DNA of 64,000 nt from the human T2T-CHM13v2.0 reference genome, Homo sapiens, in assembly GCF_009914755.1 (NCBI RefSeq), contig NC_060939.1. One strand, written 5' to 3'. Below are positions 53,501-64,000 of this stretch, piece after piece. A program made the translations under genes and the position numbers. A model generated the notes under the pieces. That model saw only the letters and a program-made list of their open reading frames with translations, made no database searches and was not told the DNA's origin. Position 1 is the first letter of the stretch; every line of letters begins with the position of its first letter.

Positions 53501-56479
53501 AGGAGGGAAAAGAGCTATGGAACATACATTGTTTAAAAAAATAATTTAACAGCTTATACCCAGATGGTTTCATTAGTTGGATTTTTTTCTTTTTTCTTTT
53601 TTTTTTTCTGTTCACTCAGAGCTATAGCCCTAGTATTAAGCAAATTTTAAAAAATGCAATTTCTAAGAAAACTTTTCAAAACCTAAAGACAAACAATTGC
53701 ATCAAAATATGAAAGCAAAACAGAACTACACTTGGGATAGAATATAGTTTATTAAAGTATGACTCATATTTTCCTAATTTTTCTTCTTTAATATTGTGAG
53801 CTTTACTAGTAAAATTAAAAATTTATAACATTATTGTTTGTGAAATTTAAAGGAAATCATTCTTTCCTTTCTGATGTTTCGAGAAACTAAAAAATGTACT
53901 ATTACTTAAGTGTGTTACTTGTGAGAGAGAGTGTGTGTGTGTGTGAGTGTGTGTGTATGTTTGACCAAGCAATCATTTGATTCACTGAACCCAAATACAT
54001 TCTTTCTTGTGTGGGATGATAATTCAACATCTTGCTAATTACAGGGCAGAGTACAGACCAGAAAAGACACTCTTTAAATAGTGTATTCTATAAAGTCAGT
54101 TCTAAATTTTTTATCTAGTCCCCTTCCATGTGCTATAATAAGCAAACTTTTCTATTGTGACTTGAGTTACATTTTTTGTGTTTTCATTAATTTTATTAAT
54201 TTTGTTTTTATTTCAGAGGGCATTTCTGCTCTTAAATAAGAACTCATGTAAAAAGAGCTTTCATTTAAATTCTTAATAAAAACTTGGCTTCACAAAGGAA
54301 ACATGTGTTAAATGTTTATGCCTTTCAAACAAAAATCATCTTGTCTTCTTTGTGAATAATCTTAAAAATTTAGAACACCGTGAAGGCAAAAGAAACAAAA
54401 TCTTTTCAATATGCCAATTTGTTTAATGCTGCACTACTGAAGCTGCACTCCAGTGATATCGTATGATATTCATGGACATTCTAAGGTGTTGAGTTATATA
54501 CCTATAGTTCCAAAATGTTCCAATTAGGTGAAATTCTAGAATCAATATTAGAAAAGAAGCTGGTAACATCTCACTTATTCATAGAAATAAAAGCCTGGAG
54601 CTGCACACTGCAGATCCTTACAAGTCAAAAGATCTTTCTCCCTTCAAAGCCAGCAAGAGGAAGAATGATCAAAATCCAAAACGACCTTCTATAAAGGAGA
54701 AAACACATGCATATGTTATAAAACATCTTTTTTTAATACATTTTAAACTGAAATATATCCAAAAATGTAATCAGCAAGTGCAGGTGAGTGTGTGCATTAT
54801 ATGGGGGGCAGCCACGGGTTTTCTGAGGGGAGGATTATAAATATTATTAATTCTATGAACACACAAATAAAAGATTAGCTCTTAATAAAAAGATACAACA
54901 TTTTAAGTGTGTATCTCTTTTTAATCAGTCACTCTTTGCAAGTAAGGCTTTATTATTTCTGAGTTCTTGACAGGCACTTGAAAAAAGGTCACATAATAAA
55001 CTGTGCTTATTTCTCATTGCAGAAAAACAATAAGTCATCTCTGCATCCATTATTTACAAAATTGTCTTCATTTTTCTCCACCTGCTGTGTTTTCAGCAAT
55101 AAAGATAAATAATATTATAAAACCAGCCTAGATATTTTCAGAGTGATCCAGAATTTGACAATGAGCTAGTCTTCTGGAGTTGAGGAGAGTAAAAGAATTA
55201 GGAAGAATTTGCTATCCAAATTGTTTACCAAAATATATTAAAGGTTATTTTTCACAGAAAGATCCATCTGGAACAACAAATATATATATTGGAAAAAATG
55301 TTTTAAATAAATGTAAAGTGATGCACTAAAATTTTATTATACCATTTCCTTTCAAAGAAATTATATTTTCGTAGGTAAATAAACACAAAGTACTTTCTTT
55401 TCCAACTCTTTTTTTTCTCTCTTCACTGCTCTATCATTAATAATTTCTGGCCTGAGCAGAAGTCCCTGTTGCATAGCAAAGAAATATTTTTAAATGTCTT
55501 AGCAAAGAAAATAAAGTATCTAAATGTGTTTCCTTACAATTAAAATAGCTTAGCAATTAAGAGCCTGTGTTCAAGGGTCAGACTGCAAACCCATGCTCTG
55601 ACTCATGTATGCACTGAACTGGTTGAGTTTCTCTGTGCCTCGGTGGTCTTATCCAAGCAAAGTGGTGGTGATGTGGTATTTAATGTCTGGTTAAGTAAAT
55701 GGCCCAAGACCACGTAACAAACAACTTGAAGCTGGGATTTGAACATAGACAATTTAGATTTAACATCTGTGCCCTTAACCAACAGAATCTAGCACATGCT
55801 GGGCCCATTAAGGCCCCTTAAAGAGCTTTCAGAAGACAACCTGGTACGATGGCCCTGCCTTGTGTCACTATTTTATTCGGCAGTTCCAGCCTGGTTCTGT
55901 CACATTGTCTCATCACAAAATTGGATTGCACAGAACTCAAATGGAGAGGACGTTCAAACTCAGGAATGTGGAGCACTCATCATCTGCTGTGGTCAAAGAG
56001 ACAATCTGTGAAGAAAGTGAACAAGGCAGATGGAGATAAATTCAAAAACAGAGATCCGAAAGGCTGCTAAGAGAGAAAGGAACAGGAATCTCCCAGTTCC
56101 TGAGAGCCTCCCAGGCTTTCTCCCTCGATGTTTGTGAGTTTTCCTGACAGCTTTACGCTCTTGGTCCATAGGAAAAATTTGTGACCTGGATATATGTGTG
56201 TATGCGTGTGTGTGTTTGAAGAAAGGTCATGAGATTTATGTCAATTTAAGTTAGTTTCTATTCTTTATACAAATGAAATGTCTTAAAACATATTGGTAAT
56301 ACTTTGCTATTTTAATTTAACTTTGGTGCTTTTTTTTTTCTTGTTTGATAACTTTCTAACAAACATTGCAAAACCCTAGCATTTTCTCGACTCTTCTTTC
56401 AGATCCATTATTCCCCAGCTCAAGAACACACCAACCCCAAGTCCTCTCTCACCCTCCTTTTTGGGCTCCAGCATCTCTG

Positions 56480-56800
56480 CCTTTGCTCAGCTCTTTCAAA
56501 CACCTACATTGCCTGCTCCCAGAGCTTCCAGTTAGTCTCCTACTCAAGTTCAAACTCAATAGTCCCTCCTCTGCAACGTCTTCCAAATCATTCAGGAGGA
56601 ATTGATAATTTTCTTATTTGTACTCACACTGCATTTTATATATTGCCTTATACTATATTATGTTTTTGTTAGTGGTTAAATTGTTTCCCTCCCAAGGTCA
56701 GAGACTGGGCAGTCTGTGTACTATTTGTCCTTTTAACCCGATTACTTAGGTTGGTGTCTGGGACATAATAAGTGCTCAAAAACATCAAAATATGTTTCTG
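56480..56800 (+). mobile_element. L2 3' end
   Basis: CAAGTTCAAACTCAATAGTCCCTCCTCTGCAACGTCTTCC..GGTGTCTGGGACATAATAAGTGCTCAAAAA. Confidence 0.7.
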
Positions 56801-57349
56801 TATGACAGAACTCAGCAGTATCACTGAGAGTTCATTTATGTGTATGTGAGATTTTGTGAACTCTCTATATAAATGAAGTATGCTATTTTGAAGTAGCATA
56901 TATATGTTAAGAACTATATATGGCATATGGTGTTCAACATAATCAGCAAATATAGTATTTATTGAAAATGGAGGGATACATTTTTAAAAAGTTTTCTGAT
57001 AACAATAAGACAGATTAGGGTTTTCTGCTCTTTTTCTAATAAAACTAAAAAATTAAAAACATAGAGTCTGAAAAAATTAACTTTTTGAATTAGACTTACT
57101 TATTCAAATTGGAAGATTGTTTCATTATTCATACTATTAAGAAATATATATATATTTGTATGTGTGCATGCATACAAAGATTTTAAAATGTGAAGTATAC
57201 ATTATTTTCTTCAGTTCAGCCAAAAATATTTTTACAAATTTACCTCCAATTCTTATTTTATTATTCTGAACCCTCTACATTTGGCAGCATATTATTGTTA
57301 TTTTTAATCAGTGTATAAACATCCCAGCAAGAAAGTCTTTCTTGTTAAA

Positions 57350-57460
57350 GAGATATTAATCAAAAGATACAACTTTTTCATTACACAGAAGGAATAAGTT
57401 CAAGAGAGCTATTGTGCAACATGGTGACTATAGCTAATAATAATATTATTGTATTTTTGA
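57350..57460 (+). mobile_element. L1MA 3'UTR fragment
   Basis: GGAATAAGTTCAAGAGAGCTATTGTGCAACATGGTGACTATAGCTAATAATAAT. Confidence 0.75.
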
Positions 57461-60418
57461 AAAAATGGAAAAAAGACTTGTGGGTGAATTGAATAATCAT
57501 ATATTTGGGGAAACTTAGACTTTGTAGACTTGTAGATTCTGGCATGAATAAAAAATAAATTATCTGGTAAAAAGCAAAAGAAACTCTTTCTCCATTAGCC
57601 CTTTTTCTATCTGCCTAGAGTAACACTGAGTATTCCGGTACTAGCAGCCAGGAGGCCTAGCGTTGGCCCATGAACTCACTTATGAATAGTCATTTAATGT
57701 GTTGCTTCTTCAGTTTATAGCAAGGGCCTTCTCTGACGTCTTCTCTACTTCAGTCTGAAGGTTGTTGTGGAAATAAAAATAGGATAATGTGCATGCTAGT
57801 GCTTTGAAAAGTATAAAGTATGATATAAATGTAAGATGTTATTGTTAAAGGGGGTTTAAAACGACAGCATAAAAAGACTTGTTATAAAAATAAAATAAAA
57901 GTGACTCTAGTCACTTATTTTTATGAGGCACTTTTCTCTCTTTGGAAAAATATAATTTACTAATTCAAGAGAGAGCTATTAATTTCTAAGTCCTTCACAG
58001 CCATTAAAGCAGGCATGATGACTTCAATTCAGTGTACAAATGGAGTGGGCATACTGCAGGGGAATGGTACTCTCAGGTTACATATAAATGGAATTAAATT
58101 AAATTAATGAAAAGAGAAGAAAAGCATGTGTAGATAAATAACTAACTCATCTCCTAAGAGGCTCAATGTCTGAACTAAGACATGAGTTAAAATATATTAA
58201 ATTTCTCACATCTCCTTCCCGGACTCCCTCAAATATCATTTAGAAATTATTTCTAAAATACTAAATATTGATAAAAATAATATCTGTATGAGACCTCTCA
58301 CCCTATTATGTGTAAAATTGTCATTGGGTTTTAAGTTGAATGGAGTGTGGTATGCTTCCGATGCACCTACATTGATGTATCAATGAGGAAACCCAATAAC
58401 TTTGATGGTGTTTCCAAAACCCACTGTGCAAATCACACAATCTCAGAAAGTCATCTTGGTAAATGGTGAAAAACTGAACACATGGCAATAGGTACTTCTA
58501 ATTAGATGAGGATATTATTTATACTTTGATTTTAGAATATTCTATTAAACTGCTTTGAATTTTTTATAATTTTCAAAATATGATGCCAGACTGAACATGT
58601 GGAGAGTAAGAAATGGAAAGTGATTCTCTTAAGGGCATCCTCATTTGGTTGTTTTATTTATCATGTGATGCTTAGTGATATTTTGGTCCTAGCAACAAAT
58701 CCCACTGGGTTAGAGAAAAGGGAGATATCTGAGTGATCATGGGAACATTTGTGGACCTCTCTGTGACTCAGTTTCCTTAGGAGACAAATAGGGATGATGA
58801 TATTCAATTTTCAAGATCTCTGTAATGCTTGAAAGAGTTAATGTTTGTAAACTGAACTATACAATGTCTCAAATGTAGCTTTTGTTCCCATGTCACGATG
58901 TTGTGTAAATACATGTTAAATGGCAGATTCTAGCTGGGGGAGTATTTTTGGCATGCCACAGGACTCTCTAGACACAGTTATCTCTGTTAATATTTTTATC
59001 GATAACATAGGAAGATAAAGAACACATTGAGTTTGCCGATGCATGAAGTTAAATGATATTAAAAATTCAATAGCTGAATTGATATCCAAAATGAATGAAG
59101 TCTAAGAAGAGGAAATTTCAGTGTAAGGCCTTGTAGTTGGATTTTTGAAATCCAAATTCTGAAAAATAGGTTGGGAAAAATATGGTTTAGCAATAGTAAG
59201 TATATCTATATGTCTATCTATCATTTTTTCTATAGGTAAAAGAGAAAAATGCCTTATGAGTTAAATTAAAAGTAAAAATTTAAGTCTTCAGACAGATGAA
59301 ATTATACAAATGGTACCATTTTTTCAGGACTCAACAAAGGATTATATCTGAAATACTCCCACTGGACTACAAAGTGATTAGGCAAAACTGGAAATATCTT
59401 GTACAGCTCTGAGTACCAGTTTTTGGTAGGAAGAGAGATAAACTAGAACATTAGAAAAGAGGAAGGAGAACATTAGTAACAATCACTATTAATTATGTAT
59501 CAGATCTGTGTTAAGCATTTGTTACAGATTATTTTATTCCTCCTTTACATCTGCCCACCATGGAATATATCATATTTACCCTCAGCCTTGGAGAAGACTC
59601 AAGGGAAAGGCAGATGAACACCATCCTAAACATGAAGGCCTGTAAAGGTCAATGGGATAAAGCTGCAGGTGGGCTTCTATTAAATATAAACTAGCCAGTC
59701 ATAGGTCAGAGAGAGAGAAAAAAGAGACAGAAATATTCCAGGAGGAAGTGGGGAGAGATTGAGCACTGGATCTGCAGCATAATTTAAAGACTCTCAGATT
59801 GGGCTATGGCATCAAACAGCTGTCTGTTTATTGTAGTGTATTTAGATGTACTAGGAACTTTCTCTTATTGCCATGACATGTTGATAACCAGCACCGTTAG
59901 TGGATACTGATATTACCTCTAACTTCTGCTGTGACATCAGCTGGCATTAAGTTCACCTTGTCTTTTCTGAAGATAAATCTAACTTCCTGAAATGGATAAC
60001 TTTCAGCTATCTTTCACATAATCTGCTTCTAATATCTACTGAAAACAATCTCTAAGCAAAAGTTGCTGCATACAGTCTTAGAAATCATTTAAAAAACAAA
60101 AATGAGTAAGCCTTTACCTTCCCATCAACTTCATGTACCCTTAGTTGCTCATGTCTGTTTTATCCCTAATATCTTTTATTACAGAAATATAGACATTCCC
60201 TTTAATAAAAATGTGGAGGCACATCAACAGGAAAGCCTGTCAGTCTCAAATTGCTTAGACTGAGCCTGAGTAAAATCTATTGATTTCATTTTCAAATCTG
60301 AACACCCTTTCAAACTATTATAACTTGTTTTTGTTTTATTTGATTTAATGTGTTGGCTATTCCACCAATATTTCTAAGATTTTCAGCAATCTGGCAATCT
60401 GAAAATGCATATAAAGAA

Positions 60419-63170
60419 CAAAATGGTAGGCTAAGGCTTGCCAAACTTTTATTCTTCAAAAAGAATTATTTTTAAAAAATGCGGAAACTAAACCAACATT
60501 TTCAGAGCTCTGGAAAACAATAAAATGTTTATAGCAAATAAGTGAACACCCAATCAAGAAAAACCCATCTTAAAAGAATAGAAAAATTTTGTGGCATTCG
60601 AAATCACCCTCCTCCTGCCTCTCCCGGGCATGACAGTGGTCTTCAGTTTGAGATAGCAGCAGCCTGGTTTCCAGTTCCTTCCCTTCAATTAGAGGAAGCA
60701 GAGCAGACCTTATCTGAAAATTACTGTGCCCATCTGTTTTAACCTGCCTGGTAAATGCACGAAGGATTGACACAAAGTGCTCATCTTTGTTTTGTCTAAT
60801 TCACAACTCAGGTGGAAAAGTGGCAGATACTGCTCATAAAATGTGCAAGGTGACTACAGACCTGCAGCCACCTGGGCCAAGAGTTTATAGGTAGAACATA
60901 CAATAGACCAACTAAACTCTGGAGAAGAAACCAGGCTGAGGCTCTTTGGAAAATTAGGACATTCAGAAGCAGCCACATTTACAGGGACGTTTAGAAGGCC
61001 AAGGACCTGTTCAGGTAGATGCATGCTCAAAAAAATCCTGTGAAAACCTTACTCTTTCACCTCAGGCTGATGTCTAGGCTCAGAATAGGCCTTTGTTAAA
61101 GTGTTGGCTCTTCCAGAACAGAACCAGTTTGCAAAGACTGGGAAAGCTCCTGAAATTGAAGAAAATTTTATCAAAATATAAGCTGAACACAAGCCAAAAG
61201 AGCAGAGACTTCCATCATCACATGCCACAAGGAATACCCTTTGCAAAAATAATTTGGAAAATTCTCAAAACAAATAGGCCATTATAGCTTTCAACCATTA
61301 AAAACAAATAAACAAAGCAGGGAAAATCCTGGGGAGAAGGAGATTTTGTCATAGAGTTACCACAGTATAATAATCAAATTTCTAATTTTCAACAACAAAA
61401 TTCATAAGATATACAAAGAAATACAAAAACTTGGCCCATTCCAAGAAGCAAAATTAACTGACAGAAATCATCTTCTAGGAAGTCCAGACACTGAAATTAC
61501 TAGACAAATGTTTAAAACAATTGTCTACAATATGTTCAAAGAGTTAAAGGAAGGCATGGGCAAGGGTAATAAAATAAATTTAAAAAAGGGAATATGAACA
61601 AAATGAGAATGTCAACAAAAAGATAGAACATATTGTTTTAAAGAAATAAAAAATCTGGAGCTGAACATTTCAATAGTTGAAATTTAAAAATTTACTACAG
61701 AAGTACAATAGCAGATTTGAACAGGAAGAGAAAGAACTTGTGAGTCTGAAAAGAGAAAAACTAAAATTATTGTGTCTTAGGAGCAGAAAGACAAAGAAAT
61801 CAAGAAAAGTAAACAGAACTTAATGGACTTGTAAGACACCCACAAGCTGATCAACATGTGCATTTTGGGATTCTGAGAAGGGGAAGAGAGGAATAAAAGA
61901 ACAAAAAAAAAGATTATTTGAAGAAATAATGGCTGAATATTTCTCAAACTTTATAAAATTAATGAATCTACAAATCTAAGGATTTCAATAAACTCCAAGT
62001 AGCTAAACTTCATAAGCCCACATAGAGATACATTATAATCAAACTTGTAAAAGACAAAGAATCTTGAAAGCAGCAAGAGAGATGTGACTCCTCCACATAC
62101 CAGATCCAGAAAATCTGTCCTTCAAGATTTGGGGAGAAATCAAGATATTCCATAATATGCTAAATCTGTGAGAGTTTACTGCTACTAGACCTGCCCTACA
62201 AGAAATGCCAAAGGGAGTCTTTAAGGTTGAAATTTTAAAAAGCTACACAGTAACTCAAAGCTTCATGAACATAGAGTGATCTCCAATAAATGTAAATATA
62301 ACGTGTGGAGAAACAGAAAAAGAGCCACTGTTATAGTAATTTTCATTTGTAATTGTACTTTGTATTTACTATAAGATTTAAAAGACAAATATGTTAATTA
62401 TTATAAATCAATGTTATTGGTCACATAATGCATAAAGATATACTTTGTGACATCAGAAACATAAAAGAGAGCAGAAAGAGTAAAGTTGTAGAGTTACTAC
62501 TTGCAATAATAGTTAATTTGGCATTAGTTGAAATGAGAGTGTAATAATTTTAAGATGTTATATATAATCCCCAGGGTAACTGCAAATGAAATATCTATAG
62601 TCTATATGCAAAAGAAAATGAGAAGAGAAGCAAAACATGTCATTACACACACAAAATTTCAACGGAACACAAAATAAGCCAGTAATGGAGGAAATTATGG
62701 CAAATAACGAAAAGGCAAAAGTCTTCCATTATTAGGAATTACCTTAAATATAAATGGGTTAAACTATCCAATCAAAAGGCAGAGATAGGTAAAATGGATA
62801 ACAACACAATTAAACAAACAGTTATCCAACTCTATGCTGCCTACAAAATACTCACTTTAGACCTAAAGGGATAAATAGGATAAAGTTGGAAGAATGAAAA
62901 AACACACTTCACATAAATAGTAACCAGAGGACAGCCGAGGGGGCGATACTATCAGATAAAATAGATTTTAAGTCAGAAACTATTCTAAGAGACAAAGAAG
63001 AAAATCATATACTGATAAAATGATAAGGTAATATGAAGACACCAATTGTAAATATATATGCACCAAATAACAGAGCCCCAACATCTATCAGGCAAACATT
63101 GGTAGAACTGTAAGGAGAAATAGTTCTACAACAATAGCTGGAGACTTCTATACTTCACTTTCAATAACTG
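60419..63170 (+). mobile_element. Old LINE-1 (L1MC/MD-class): 5'UTR, decayed ORF1, inter-ORF and start of the ORF2 endonuclease
   Basis: ORF1 relic TTTGAAGAAATAATGGCTGAA (FEEIMAE) at ~61918; EN motifs ITLNINGLNYPIKRQR (~62738), IYAPNNRA (~63054), AGDFYTSLS (~63137); frameshifts and stops. Confidence 0.88.
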
Positions 63171-63271
63171 TCCTCTTCCCTACTGCCGATCATGTAAATC
63201 TACCTACGTTTTCATCCTTATCCATCCCTTGTTCTTCCCGTTATCATGGGGAAATGCTCTCTCTCATCACA

Positions 63272-63522
63272 TATGTGTGAATTTTCCAGTTCTCCTTCTG
63301 TTATTTTTAGCTTCATTCCATAGTGATTAAAAAAATGTTGTATAATTTCAGTCTTTTAAAATTGATTAACACTTGTTTTGTAGCCTAAGATATGCTCTAC
63401 ACTGGGGACTATTCCATATGTACTTGAGAAAAATATGTATTCTGCTCTTGTTGGGTAGAGTGTTCTATATTTGTCTGTTAAATCTAATTTGTTTATAGTG
63501 TTGTTCAAGTTCTCTTTTCTGT
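63272..63522 (-). mobile_element. LINE-1 ORF2 endonuclease continuation, inverted relative to the upstream L1
   Basis: ORF 63356..63547(-) ENLNNTINKLDLTDKYRTLYPTRAEYIFFSSTYG..EHILGYKT is the L1 EN segment that follows the GDFNTPLS motif. Confidence 0.9.
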
Positions 63523-63619
63523 TATGCATCGCTAGTATAAAATACAATAAAATAAAAATTCAATTTAATTCCACATCCCCTGCCAGATCCCCATTCTTTC
63601 AAACTCAATTCTTGAAAGA

Positions 63620-63800
63620 CTAGGGATGGAAGATGTATGTGGGTTTGCAGGATTGGCAGTGGGGCAAAGATAACATTTATTTGTGAAGCTTACTGTTCTG
63701 AGAAGGAGGATATGATGTCATCTACTTTAGATGAGAAGGAAGTTAAAGTGTTGTATGTGTTAGAGGAAAGAGGGAAAAGTCTTCAAGAGTTGTTAAGTTT
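63620..63800 (-). mobile_element. Probable degenerate L2 fragment
   Basis: Purine-rich antisense-L2-like sequence (GATGTCATCTACTTTAGATGAGAAGG..GAGGAAAGAGGGAAAAG). Confidence 0.45.
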
Positions 63801-64000
63801 GAAGGTAAGATTTGGCTAGTTTTGATGGTAATTGGAGTTTAGAAGCTGTTGTTTTGATTTTAGTAAGCCAGAACTCAATCTAATGTGCTTTAGGTTTCCA
63901 AACATTATTGAGAGGCCATTCTCCTAGATGAACTGTGGGACCCTACTCAATTTATGTTTTATTATTTATTTATTACATAAACTCAGATGCTTATAAAACA

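Overview
Primate (most likely human or ape) non-coding genomic DNA: AT-rich, CpG-depleted, with AluJ/S, THE1, MLT2A, L1M, L2, MIR and DNA-transposon relics. I find no supportable protein-coding gene, tRNA/rRNA or CRISPR array; the recognisable listed ORFs are Alu, microsatellite, THE1-int or L1 remnants and the rest look like chance frames. Bases 1-16 kb and 60-64 kb are nested transposon debris. About 32-55 kb is repeat-poor and holds several CpG-retaining blocks rich in homeodomain/Sox/TCF motifs that look like conserved developmental enhancers, as in a gene desert or large intron. I cannot identify the locus and cannot establish a new biological system. The best second-look items are: (i) a series of templated-insertion/template-switch scars, including a 28-bp L1 copy plus inverted snippets inside the MLT2A microsatellite, a ~250-bp duplicate inserted into a MIR, a fold-back Alu junction and an L1 inversion with a duplicated breakpoint; (ii) DUX4-motif-bearing LTRs at the left end; (iii) the enhancer-like blocks. 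Repeat subfamily calls come from recalled consensus sequences, and boundaries of old elements are approximate.
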